A stretch of DNA of 64,000 bases from Eledone cirrhosa (lineage: Eukaryota): positions 44,144,001-44,208,000 of the forward strand of contig OZ024741.1 in the NCBI GenBank assembly GCA_964016885.1, written 5' to 3'. Positions 25,665 through 40,875 of the stretch are shown one piece after another (the stretch's first letter is position 1; every line of letters begins with the position of its first letter). Both the position numbers and the translations under genes were made by a program. Under the pieces are notes generated by a model. That model had not been told where the DNA came from, searched no databases, and worked only from the letters and a program-made list of their open reading frames with translations.

Positions 25665-26033
25665 TATACGTTTATCATTTTACTGGTGGCGCAGAGCCGA
25701 TTTTGTCATGATCTCAACAACCACGGTGTCATGTTTTCCAGCATCTGTGTGCGTGTGTTCGTGTGTGCCTGTCTCTGTGTGTTTGTGTGTGAGTTCTCGT
25801 GCGCGCGTTATTATTCGGCAAACCCATACATATTATACATAATCTCACCGTTTCCATTTTATCGATACCTTCAGAATGGATTTCAGATTCGTTGAAATCT
25901 TTAAAAATTAAGGAATATCTCATTTTATTTCCCACGAGAGACGGGTGTAATTGTACAATTCAACAGCACATCATTTAGTTGATAACATAACTTTTAATAA
26001 CCATGGGAAAATGAAATATATACTGAATTCTCA

Positions 26034-26555
26034 CAGGACCGGATTTAGACCGTGTAAGGCCTCTACTGGCCTCGTGGCCCCAACCCCATGCACAGAATTT
26101 ATAATGCACAACAAGCCCACAAAATTACATATCACACTTGCTTGTGCCATGTTACAGGAATTGACAAGCTATACATACATATAAATGTTAAATGCGATCA
26201 GTAGTACATAAATGTAAATACGTAAATGTTAAATGTTATATAAAATGTAGTGACATGTTACTGCTAACGATGTTACAATGATTTTCACTTAGGTCAAAAT
26301 GTATCAAATCTATCAATTCAAAATCATACCTAAACTAATTACAGTACGTTATACCTACTTATAATGATATGTATTACTACAATATCTACAAAAGTATTTC
26401 TTTCCACATCTGAAAAATCTTCAATAAACTTATCAAATAACATCATCTTTAGAAGACTGATATCTACCTCATGTAGACACAGAACACATAGTAATTTCTG
26501 GGTCACCATAATTATCACTTAAAGTCTTTATGAGTGCTAATTTGCTGAATGCCAC
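26034..26555 (-). mobile_element. hAT DNA transposon remnant (terminus + transposase C-terminus)
   Basis: Terminus-like CAGGACCGGATTTAG. Minus strand gives AFSKLALIKT...DKFIEDF, resembling the hAT dimerisation domain. Confidence 0.5.
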
Positions 26556-27791
26556 TAACGGGAGTCGGCTGGAAAGTCCATACGCTGACCAAAATACGTT
26601 CTTGGAATGAGCAAAGGAGGTTTATTTTTCCACATAGTACCTGGAGAAAAACTATTGCAGTTACTAATAAGAAGAGCTGAAATTAATGTACGCAAGATTT
26701 CACAGCTCTTCATAGACAGACAAGATTTCACAGCTTCTTCATAGACAGCCTATGAAAGTTTCAAATAGCCTCGTAGAGATCGACTAAAGTCTCTATATCT
26801 ATCTCTTGGGTGTACAAATAGAGCCCTGGTGTTAATATGTAAAAGAATTTCATTTACAAACGAAATAAAGGAAGGGGGAAATAGATTAGTTAGAATCGAA
26901 TTGTTTCTAGTATACAAAATAAATGATAACAACAAGCTGATCACAGTTATCTCACCGGCATGGGCAATTTTTTTCTAACAGTGGGCCACATAGAGTGCGG
27001 TTCGTCATAAGGTAGGCCGCACTACTAACAAATTCAAGGCAATTTTGAATTAGGCGTGCTATTCAGAAGGCAAATGGGCCTCAAGTTTCTCGCCCACTTT
27101 TGCCCCTCGAAATCACGAAACGCCCCCTACCCTATTTTTCCATTTTTCAATATACTACTGATTTTGATATCAGTAGGTTACTGGGCCAAATCAAGTCATG
27201 TTAGAATCTTTAAAAAATACTCGTACGAATTAAATACAAAAAAGTTTCAGTCCAAAACAAAAGCAAGCTATTTAAAATTATATATTTTTGAAAAATAGAT
27301 GTGAATGTTCTCAAAGAGTTGATCTCAGTCGAAAAAGCTTTTTATTTTAATTTCTATATTTCACTGTTAGCTGTTGTAATATTTTGAGTGGATAGACAAT
27401 TCTACAATTCAAACTGCAAAGTCAAAAGCTGCAAAATATGAAGGATTTCTTACCTTTCTCTGAAATCACAAACTCAGGGGGAAAATAGTACCTTGCAAAA
27501 TAAAATATCTCGTAGCAAAATAAAATACTTAGTAGCAACGAATGAATGAATTGAAGCTTGGTGACAGTGAGAAAGCAATATCTGTAACCCTTATATAGAT
27601 ATATATATATAGATAGATAGATACATACACACAAACGCGCACGCACACGTGCACATACGCACACATACATACACACACACAAACTTGTGTGTGTGTGTGC
27701 CTAGGGTTTGGTACAGAAAGAATTGTGTCTCCAGTTTTTATTGCCGGGTCAAAAGCCACTGCTCTTTACAAGAACGCCATATATATATATA

Positions 27792-28066
27792 CTAGCAGAA
27801 TGGCCCGACGTTGCTGGGGATTTGCTCTAGGGTTCTTATATAATTGATATATATTTATCCTTATTGAGCCTCGTGAAATAAATAGGTTTGTATATATTTT
27901 GCTATTGTCTATGCAAAAAGTATCTGTACACGAATATATAATTATATATATTAAAATAACAGATTAAAGTTTATGCAAAGAATCGCTGCTTCTACCCTTA
28001 ACGGGATCTTCTGAAACTAAAAAAGTCAATCTGTGAACGCAGACGTAAATTTCGAAAAACATTACA

Positions 28067-28132
<66 letters not shown>

Positions 28133-28480
28133 TATATATATATATACATAAATACAGACATAGACACATAGCGTCATAATGTCGCAATGCAGACAGCCAG
28201 ACATACAGACAGATATTATAAGGGCGCAACGTTATATCTATGTATTTATCTAAAAGGAAAGACTAAGAATTATAGAGAGAGATCGCTAAATCATCCAATG
28301 CTGTCCCTAGCGCATTGAACATTTGAAATATATTTTGCTCAAAACACTCACACGACCATAAGTATTACATGTGTAAAGTTTGAAAACAATCGGTTGGGTG
28401 GGTCTCGAGTTTTAGGGAGTCAGACAAATAGGCAGACAGACAGGCAGACAGACATACATTCTCTGTTTTAGATATATAGA
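27792..28480 (-). mobile_element. Non-autonomous Helitron
   Basis: Minus strand starts TCTATAT.. with (CTGT)n near the 5' end and ends in a GC-rich hairpin + TTCTGCTAG followed by T. Confidence 0.65.
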
Positions 28481-30672
28481 CTAGCAGAAAACCACCCGGT
28501 AGGTGGTTTTCTGCTAGTATGTATATATATTACACACACAGAAATGTATATATATTTCTGTGTGTATATATATATATTTCTGTGTGTGTATATATATATA
28601 TATTACACACACACAGAAATGTATATATGTTTCTGTAGCACTCCTCAATTCCCCCCTCTCTCCCTCCCGCTATCCGCCTCTTGTAGTCTGTCTCTTTCTT
28701 TCACTCTCACTCTCTATCTACGCGTGCGCAAAAAACATTCGCACGTGCGCACGTGTTTTAGCGTCTATTCACTCTCTCTCTTTCCCTCTCTCCCTCCCGC
28801 TATCCCTCTCTCGTAGTCTTCTCTTTCTTTCACTCTCACTCTCCCTCTACGCGTGCGGAAAAAACAGTCGCACGCGCGCACGTGTTTCGACTGTCGGATA
28901 GACAGACCGAGAAATTGCTGGTTATATATTATAAGGAGATTACATATACATATGTAACTTGTATATCATCATCATCATCCCCATTATATATATATATAAT
29001 ATGGGCCGAAGCCGAAAAAAATTTTGTTTCGCAGCTCTAATTGCGCCTTAATTTTATTCAAAAAATTGTATACTAACATATTCGAATACCAGGCACTATT
29101 GGAATCAACAATAGCAGCGTCCTGAGGGTCATTACAAAACACAAATTCGCGAGAATTAGTGTTTAAGGCTTGGAAGGTGGTAAAAAAATCCACAAAATCT
29201 TCCATTCTTTTTAAAAAAAAATTTATTTTTAATAATATTTAAATAACTGGCGGTTAGAAAAAAATATTCCTATGAAATTTGAATCATACCATTAGGTGTG
29301 AATAAGGAAATAATTTTTATTGTCAAAACAAATGTTCAAAAGTTGAACTTCAATTTTTTGTTTTATTTCCAATTTTTTCATGAAATTGAACACTGGACAT
29401 TGTTTGCTTGAAATGGAAATTAAATCGTCTTTAATTGTATTTAAATTTCTAACCTTATTTTATTATTTATATTTTGTATGGCTTGTGCAAGGAGTCTATA
29501 TCAACCAGCGATTCCCTCGGCCTCAGTGACCAAAGTCAGTGGAGAGGGGAAGGTAATTTTTCTGTAGCACGTGTTATAGCGTCTATTCACTCTCTCTACC
29601 TCTCTCCCTCCCGCTATCCCCCTCTCGTAGTCTGTCTCTTTCTTTCACTCTCACTCTCTCTCTACGCACGTGTTTCCACTGTCGGACAGACAGACAGAGA
29701 AATTGCTGGTTATATATATAAGTACACTAGCAGAAAACCACCCGGTGGGCGGTTTTCTGCTAGCAAATCTAGTGTATATACTGATATTGTTGAGATTTGG
29801 ATGAGAAATGTTTTCAGCACCACATGTTCACCGTCTCTCGGTGTGTCTTTTATGCATGTATAAATATATATGTTATCTATACGGTGAAATCTTTGAAATA
29901 AATATATGTTAAAACGAAAAAGGAGAAAATAAATAACTGGCGGTTAGAAAAAAATATTCCTATGAAATTTGAATCATACCATTACGTGTGAATAAGGAAA
30001 TATTTTTTTTTTTTGTCAAAACAAATGTTCAAAAGTTAAACTTCAATTTTTTGAATTATTTCCAAATTTTTCATGAAATTGAACACTGGACATTGGCTGC
30101 TGGAAATGGAAATTAAATCGTATTTAATTGTATTTAAATGTCTAACCTTATTTTATTATTTATATTTTTTCAATAAGAAATAAAAAAACAAAAACAAAAA
30201 TTGAAGAAAAAAATTGAACAAATCAAACGTAGGTTATGGAACTGCGCAATCTGATTAATAAATTACCTCATCAGCAGCAATCTTCTTCAAATGGTCCTTA
30301 TTATCAGCAGCAACAACCACAAATTCAATGGCAACCTTCTTCAAACCTTCGCATGGTGTCAAGTCAGAACCGCCTTCAACTGGTTACTTCTGGCTTGTGC
30401 AAGGTGTCTCTATAGCAACCAGCGATTCCCTCGGCCCCAGTGACCAAAGTCAGTGGAGAGGGGAAGGTAATGTTTCTATAAAGGAAGGGGAAGGTAATAT
30501 TTCTGTAGCACGTGTTTTAGCGTCTATTCACTCTCTCTCTCTCCCTCTCTCCCCCCCGCTATCCCCCTCTCGCAGTCTGTCTCTTTCTTTCACTCTCACT
30601 CTCTCTCTACGCACGTGTTTCCACTGTCGACAGACAGACAGAGAAATTGCTGGTTATATATCATAAGGAGAT
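28480..30672 (-). mobile_element. Cluster of related non-autonomous Helitron pieces
   Basis: Repeated 5' end TCTCCTTA..ATATAACCAGCAATTTCTC.GTCTGTCT at ~28939, ~29720 and ~30671; CT-rich subrepeats; 29204-29474 duplicated at 29931-30170; palindromic CTAG ends at 28480 and 29726. Confidence 0.6.
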
Positions 30673-30899
30673 ATATAAATGAAGAGAAAAAGAGGGAGGG
30701 ACACAGAGATAGTAAGAAATGTGTGTGTGTGTGTGTGTGTTACATGTCTATCTATCTATATATTTATCTATCCATCTAACTATATATTTATGTATCTATA
30801 TATGTCCAATAGGGGGCTCAAACATGCGGCCCGCGAACTACTTTTCTGTGGCCCGTGGTAGAACTAGTATTTCATGTTGCATTATAAGTGATAAAAATA

Positions 30900-31115
30900 A
30901 GGCGGTGAACTGGGGAATCGTTAGCACATCTGGCGATATTTTTAACGTTCTAAGATTTTTTTACGCTCTGTGTTCAAATTCCGCCGATCTCAAATTTGTC
31001 TTTCATCCTTTTGGGGTCGATGAATTAAGTACCAGTTGTGTACTAGGATGGATGTAATCGACTGAACCCTAAACCCCACATTTCATGCCTTGTTCCTATA
31101 GTAGAAATGACTATT
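30900..31115 (+). mobile_element. tRNA-derived SINE (diverged, same core)
   Basis: GTGTTCAAATTCC B-box; CTTTCATCCTTTTGGGGTCGAT..AGTACCAG core. Confidence 0.7.
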
Positions 31116-31213
31116 AACTGGTGAAAATCATCACCCTCCACCACGTTTGACCCACTGTGCTTCTCCTTCAGGATGTAATGGCCCTTTTTTGTCCTTGAGT
31201 TTGAGACCACTCT

Positions 31214-31302
<89 letters not shown>

Positions 31303-31303
31303 A

Positions 31304-31347
<44 letters not shown>

Positions 31348-31439
31348 TATATAGTACGTTATTCCGGGTTGAATCGGAAGTAACCACAGTAAGTAAGGTA
31401 CTCAATACATTGCAGAGTATAAAAGTTTTAATATAGATG

Positions 31440-31490
31440 AGACTCTACAGGACTAGAACTGTTTCATTCTTTAGAAATCATCAGGAATCT
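31440..31490 (-). ncRNA. Hammerhead ribozyme (type I-like)
   Basis: agauuc-CUGAUGA-uuuc(uaaa)gaau-GAAA-cag..cug-UA-gagucu. Confidence 0.7.
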
Positions 31491-32281
31491 GGGTATCAAA
31501 AAATAAGTATGGTATTTATAGGTCTCTACAAGTGGTAGGAGAGGGTGGGGAGTGGGAGCGGTGTAGGTCATTGGTTGATAGAAAAGGGAATTCATTAAAA
31601 GCTAATTGTACAAAGCTATAGTTTATTTGTATTTATTTTTGTTTTTAGAGTAACAAAGGCAGACAGAATTCTATAAACAGGTTCAGGATGGCATGCCACT
31701 CCTTATTATTAAGTTTCTCTTAAGCTAACAGGTGTCTATAAGATCAGTGGGGGGGGGGGGTCAGTCATGGTAGATAGATTTAAAGGAAAGGGAGATTCTT
31801 TAAAAGCTAAATTCATTAAGGTTCTACAAAGTGACAAAGGTTTAGTGAATTCTGTAGACAAATTCAAAATATTGAGTGCATATCTTACAATTATCTTCAA
31901 ATTTCTCTTAAACTATTCAACTATATGCCAAAAATCAACAGACACATTCACAAAACACACTCACTCACACACTCGCGCGCACCCATAAACACACATACAC
32001 ATACACCTATACACACATATACACACACACACATATAAATATATTTATATATATATATATATACATATATACATATACATACACACACATACATACACAC
32101 ATATATATGTATATATATATATATATATATAAATATATATATATACATACATAAACATACACACACATATATATATATACACACACACATATACACATAT
32201 ATAAGGAAAAATTGAACGGGAACAAAACAGAGGGGCAGAACAAACAAATGTTTATTAATTTCACGCTCTTGAGAGTGGGGT

Positions 32282-34390
<2,109 letters not shown>

Positions 34391-34529
34391 AAACACCTCT
34401 ACAGGCAGAAAATGCAGATAGGTAAGAGGTACTCACATACCCATAGTGGCCGTATTTCAGGTTGAGGAGGGGTGGGGAAGGAGGTATAGGGGCCAATAGG
34501 AGGAGGTCGTTTTTAGCCATCGGGCTTTA

Positions 34530-36244
34530 ACACTGGCTTAAAGTGTTTGAAAGTTGCAAAGTTCTTGTGCATGCAGTTCGGGCAGTGTTCAGAGAGTTTG
34601 TTCAGTAGCGGGCCCTTGGCGAATAAAATTTCGTAGCTCTCTGAAATACAAAGTTCGCAGCACTTGTGTCCTCCGTTGTAAGAGCGCGCTTACTGGAGTA
34701 TTTTCCATTTAAGCGTGAAGGGGGTGGAGTTCCTTTTGAGGTCCCAAACATAGGAGGCGAGTGTTTTCTGGTTTGATTTGTCCGGTCTTCTGAAGGAGTG
34801 GGTATGGGCATACCAACGTGTCTTAAAGTTGTTGGAGGTCATGCCGATGTAAGTTTTTTTGCAATCATCGGTGACTGAGATGACATCGCATTTGTATACG
34901 ATATCATTTGTGAGGCATTTGTTTTCAAGTGGGCATTCTTCCTTATTTAAGCAATTACACAGAGCCTCAGTCCGGGGATTGGGTTCGGAGGTGGTTGGCT
35001 TATTTAATTTTTTAGAATTGTGGTTGGCTATATTCCTAGCTAGGTTAGGTGTGGTGGAGTAGGAGAGTCTTATTGTGTTCTTTATTAAAGATGGTGCGGT
35101 ACCTATGTTGTATGGGGAAGTGTAATTTCAGCAAAGTGAAGAAAATCCTAGCTATCGGAGTAGAGACCTCTCTATTGAAGGGAGGGTTGTACCAGCTAAT
35201 CTGCCTATGTCTATTCCTCCTCTGCAATCTTGCGGTGGTTTCTAGGCATGTTATCTTTTCTTTAAATCCGCTATGGGCGAGGGCGTCATTGTAGTAGGAG
35301 GCAGATGAGTTAAACATATCTTTGTTGGCGGAGAGGCCAGATATTCTAATAGAGACGCTTTTTACTAGGTTATCAGTGATGTTTTGGGGTAGGTTTGAAT
35401 TAACATTAATATATTTAAGGGACTCGTTAGGTTTGTGGTACGGGTAATAGAGGGAAGTATCTAGGTCGAGAGTGACATCTAAGAAGTTGGCCCTAGTCAA
35501 ATGAGATTCTATAGTTATACTAAATCCTAGATTAGAGAAGAATGAGCTTAAGTTTTTCCGAAACCCATCGGTGGTTCTGGGGTTAACCTAATGCAGGGCG
35601 AAGAGGCCGTCGTCTCGGAATAAACCTCCCGTTAGGCCGGTAAAGAGGTTCTTCAGGTGATGTAAGATGTACAGGCCCACAAGGTCGCTAATTTCAGCCG
35701 AGTCACTCGCTCCCATGCTAACGTCAAATGGGGTCTGAGATTTCTTGTTGATCCAGTAAGATCCATCGTAGTATAGAAAGGTCTTACGAGCGTGGAGGAT
35801 AACAACTTGCTCAGCATCGGTAATGGTGGTAAACTTCCTGGCAAAGTTAATTGCGTCCTTCAGGAGGCGCTCCGAGATAGAGGCATAGTAGTTTTCTATG
35901 TCGAGTTGCAGGAAGCGAGTGTGGTGTTTGTCTGGTAATTTTTGGAACCATGATATTGCCTCAGATGTTCTGCTCCAGAGTGGAAGTGGTGAGGCAGCCC
36001 GCAATGATGGTAGAACTCTATCCAGGATCTTCTTACTGATAGAGCCGATGTCAGAACGAGTGGAGTTGATAAGTCTGACTGATGGTTTGTTGAGGAAGTT
36101 TCCCTTATGGTCCTTCAAGGTAAAGTGCAGGGTCTTTATCCTTAAAGGTTCGGTTCGGTCGTGTAATTTAAGGGACTTGGCGATTTCTTTTCCGGCCGCG
36201 TTTGTCTTAGTCAGTGCCATCTCTATTACCTTTTTGTAGGTGGT
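34530..36244 (-). pseudogene. PLE RT + GIY-YIG endonuclease, 5'-truncated
   Basis: ORFs 35588..36220 (TLKDHK, VRLIN, FLQLDIENYY, FDVSMGASDSAE, GLFRDDG) and 35045..35500 (NFLDVTL, WYNPPF). Then CNCLNKEECPLENKCL..IVY..YIGMT..CELC..CMH. Confidence 0.9.
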
Positions 36245-36273
36245 CGTTCAATTTTTCCTTATATATGTGTATA

Positions 36274-36304
<31 letters not shown>

Positions 36305-36952
36305 GTGTGTGTATGTATATGTATGTATATATATATATATTTATATATATATACATATATATGTGTGTATGTATGTGTGTGTATGTATATGTATATATGT
36401 ATATATATATATATATATAAATATATTTATATGTGTGTGTGTGTATATGTGTGTATATGTGTATGTGTATGTGTGTTTATGGGTGCGCGCGAGTGTGTGA
36501 GTGAGTGTGTTTTGTGAATGTGTCTAATGATTTTTGGCATATAGTTGAATAGTTTAAGAGAAATTTGAAGATAATTGTAAGATATGCACTCAATATTTTG
36601 AATTTGTCTACAGAATTCTCTAAACCTTTGTCACTTAGTAGAACCTTAATAAATTTAGCTTTTAAAGAATCTCCCTTTCCTTTAAATCTATCTACCATGA
36701 CTGACCCCCCACTGATTTTATAGACACCTGTTAGCTTAAGAGAAACTTAATAATAAGGAGTGGCATGCCATCCTGAACCTGTTTATAGAATTCTGTCTGC
36801 CTTTGTTACTCTAAAAACAAAAATAAATAAAAATAAACTATAGCTTTGTAGAATTAGCTTTTAATGAATTCCCTTTTCTATCAACCAATGACCTACACCC
36901 TCTCCTACCAATTGTAGAGACCTATAAATACCATACTTATTTTTTGATACCC

Positions 36953-37003
36953 AGATTCCTAATGATTTCTAAAGAATGAAACAGTTCTAGTCCTGTAGAA
37001 TCT
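36953..37003 (+). ncRNA. Hammerhead motif with mutated core (CUAAUGA)
   Basis: Inverted twin of 31440-31490 with G5A. Confidence 0.6.
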
Positions 37004-37015
37004 CATCTATATTAA

Positions 37016-37403
<388 letters not shown>

Positions 37404-37419
37404 TTTACTTTTTTCTGTC

Positions 37420-37665
37420 TCTGGGCTTCGCCAATGCTGGAGCATCACCTTGGTAAGTTATGGAGACGTCAACAATCCAACAAGCATTGGTGGGGGGGGG
37501 GGGGCAAACACAAACACAAAGATACACACAGACATATATAGATATATACGACGGGCTTCTAGTTTCGGTCTATCAATTCCACTCCCAGAACTTTGGTCGG
37601 CCCGGGCAGTGGGACTGAAGCCGGAAATATGTGGTTGGGAAGCAAACCTCTTGTCACACTGCGCA
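37420..37665 (-). mobile_element. Second tRNA-derived SINE family, degenerate
   Basis: Minus strand GCGCAGTGTGACAAGAGGTTTGCTTCCCAACCAC..GCTTCAGTCCCACTG resembles a tRNA-like head. Confidence 0.45.
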
Positions 37666-37689
37666 TATATATATATATATATATATATA

Positions 37690-38525
37690 TGTCTTTTATT
37701 GCGCTTTTCATAATTCGAGACAATTGAGCAAATTCTTCTCCAATTATGAAACGCGAAATAAAAGACTTCAAGAATTAAAGAAAATTCTACTCGAAAGGCT
37801 AATAATAAATAAATATCAATAATAAATAATGGAATAGAAAGGCCTAAAGCAATTTGATTTAGCATTTGATTTAGCATTGATGAATTACGAAAACAGAAAC
37901 AAATTCAATGTACGTCCAATATTCTATCATATATCTCAGCACACAACCCAAGAAATGCGGAAGATAACAACAATATTCACAATAACATCCCACTATTAAA
38001 ACAAGACCCAAGAATGAAAACATCCCTTGAAACACACAAAATAATCAAAAGCAAAAGACAACCGAAATCACTTAAAACATTACTCACCAATGCCAAATTA
38101 CCCACCACAAACCCACAACCAACCGTCAAAAAATGTGGTCGCTCTAATTGTGGAACCTGCACTCACCCCATCGAAGGCAACGCTTATACATTTCAATCAG
38201 GACAAAATTTTGCAGTAAAAATTCAGTTGCTCATCAAAAAGTCTACTTTATGCCATTAAATGTAAACGATGCAATGAAGCTTATATAGGACAAACTAAAC
38301 TCACACTCAGAAACAGAATGATATTCATTGCCAACAATTACGAGAGCCTACCACGAGACAGATACCACTCAGTGCACATCTAGACATATGCGCAAGTAAT
38401 AAGACACCCAAATTCCAAGTCTTCCGATTTTACCTTTGCGCTGACAATACAACAGAACAAATACTAATAAATAAGGAAAATATGTTTATTCCAAAATATA
38501 GACCAGCATTAAATATATTTTAATA
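37690..38525 (+). pseudogene. PLE fragment (Neptune-like) with Cys-rich linker and GIY-YIG
   Basis: HNPRN, KSKRQPKSLK, KCGRSNCGTC, LYAI.C.RC..AYIGQTK.TLRNRM; frameshifted. Confidence 0.75.
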
Positions 38526-38730
38526 TACATTATGTCAACACCATAAAATGCTAACCATCCAAAGAGATATATATATACACACACACACACATAACACCTA
38601 TTTTCGAAAATAAAAACCCGAGCTAAATAAACCTTACCATAGGTTAATACTCTAACACCTTAAACATGCTAACCACATACCCCACACACACATAACTACC
38701 TCCATCATTTCTACTAACGGAATCATTTTC

Positions 38731-38799
<69 letters not shown>

Positions 38800-38980
38800 A
38801 TATATATTCTCTCCATCTTAACATGCTAACCATACTCCCACACACACATATAATACCCATACACACACACACAACTCCTTCCCCCATTTCTACTAATAGA
38901 ATCCTCTTTCTACACACACCATACACTAGCACACAAATAAACATACATATCTCTACTATTCCCTTTGATTGTTTCATGTG

Positions 38981-39022
<42 letters not shown>

Positions 39023-39122
39023 GTCAATCAATTTCTAGTTGATATATATATATGTATATATATATATTCATTTCATAAATATATATATATATTATATATA
39101 TATATATATATATATTCATTTC

Positions 39123-39176
<54 letters not shown>

Positions 39177-39181
<5 letters not shown>

Positions 39182-39376
39182 TTTCATAAATATATATATC
39201 TATTCATTTATAAACTCTCTGTCTGATGAACGAACTAGACGTATGTTAATATTCTCAAGGGCCCTGAAACATTTGGTAATGCAGTAGTTGTATATTGAGA
39301 ATATTAACATACGTCTAGTTCGTTCATCAGACAGAGAGTTTATAAATGAATAGATATATATATTTATGAAATGAAT
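39177..39376. repeat. Perfect inverted repeat (82-bp arms, 36-bp loop) containing CTGATGA; PLE terminal fragment
   Basis: 39177-39258 reverse-complements 39295-39376; embedded in (TA)n. Confidence 0.85.
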
Positions 39377-39392
39377 ATATATATATATATAT

Positions 39393-39812
39393 ACTTTGGG
39401 AGGGTCATGTTGCCAATAAGAAACACACGCACCAATTGCTTTCACTTCAATTTATTATAATACATTTATAAATTTAGGAATTTATAAATTTCCGGTTCGT
39501 TGGTTGGTTCCACAACCAGATGATTGTTTTTATATTGTCAAAGTTCTTTCGTCACACATTCTGTGAACTCTTCAGTGACTAGGATTCTTTTCTTAGTTTT
39601 TGTGCCGTTCCTTTGTTCTGTCCTACGCCATCTTGTTTTTGTGTGTGTTGTATGCTTAGTTTGCGCATGTGTTACATCCGGGTGTCTGTGTGTGTTTATA
39701 TTTGTTTATTTACTTGTTTATTTACATGTTAGTGGTTGGTTGTTTGTTCTATGAGGGTGTGTGTTTTCATTTTGTCCTTAATTGTAAGTTGTGATGTTGC
39801 TGTTCCATTCAT
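39393..39812 (-). mobile_element. PLE-type terminal repeat with hammerhead (39537-39579)
   Basis: guca-CUGAAGA-stem II-GAAAgaacUU-ugac. Second copy at 56860-57272. Confidence 0.7.
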
Positions 39813-39868
39813 GATATATATAAAATAAAATAAATAAGTCAAATGTTTAAAATTTGGCTTCGTTTATT

Positions 39869-39923
39869 ACTGCTATATATATTTCGGTTTCAGCCATCTT
39901 TGGCTATAACCTCTTCAGGCAGT
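39869..39923 (-). ncRNA. Hammerhead ribozyme
   Basis: acugc-CUGAAGA-gguu..agcca/uggcu..aacc-GAAA-uauaua-UA-gcagu; perfect 5-bp stem I. Confidence 0.75.
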
Positions 39924-40673
39924 CCGAATTAGTGAGGTAGAGACTAGTACATATGTTGTTGAGGTGTTTAACTTTGTCAATACTCTGATATGCCCAGTTC
40001 CTGGGTGGGTTGATATTTCACTGAGGAACTGGAATGATATGAATTTAAACAAACGAATTTCAGTGTCAAAGGACATCTCCGCTCATTGGTCAGTTGTGAG
40101 AACATTCCTCAGTCAAAAGTCTATAGAAATTCGTACTGAGGCGAGGCAATCTGTAGTGGTTGTTGTTGTTATTGTGAAGTACATCTGACCTCTACTCTTA
40201 TGTTTGTAGTGGTGTTGGAGTCAGCTCAAAACAATGATAAAGTGGTAGAAGGAATAAGATGGTAAAGGAACAAAATAAAATAATCAAATAAAATGTGTGT
40301 GTTATACCCAATCTCAATGTTAGAAAGATTTGTAAGGTCACTGCTCCCATTGGTCAATTTTGAGAGCATTCCTCAGTCAAAAGTCTATAGAAATTCTTTC
40401 TGGGGTGAGGCTCCCTGTAGTGTTTGTTTTTGCTATTGTTAAGTACATCTGACCTCTACGCTTATTTTGGTAGTGGTGTTCGTGTTGTGGTCAGCCGATG
40501 TCTAGCTGCTGCTGACATTTAGAAGTATCTGTGTGTTTCATCATCCATCCTGTCACCATTTCTCGTGGTGGTTGTGGTGGTGGGGGCGCTGCCATGTATA
40601 TGAAGAAATAGAAAGCAATAAAATGAAGAAAACAGAAAATAAATAATAAATAGAAAATAAATGAAAATTGATT

Positions 40674-40875
40674 AAAAATGAAAAATGAAAAATGAAAAAT
40701 GAAAAATGATAATTGAAAAATGAAAAAATTAAAAATTAAAAATTAAAAATTAAAAATTAAAAATTAAAAATTAAAAATTAAAAATTAAAAATTAAAAATT
40801 AAAAATTAAAAATTAAAAATTAAAAATTAAAAATTAAAAATTAAAAATTAAAAATTAAAAATTAAAAATTAAAAA
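40674..40875. repeat. 7-bp tandem array (AAAAATG)n grading into (AAAAATT)n
   Basis: Direct reading; ~20 AAAAATT units. Confidence 0.9.

Noticed and set aside
30808-30860. hAT-like terminus (GGGGGCTCAAACATGCGGCCCGCG); similar at ~26955
   Set aside because: No partner end or TSD identifiable; too short to call.
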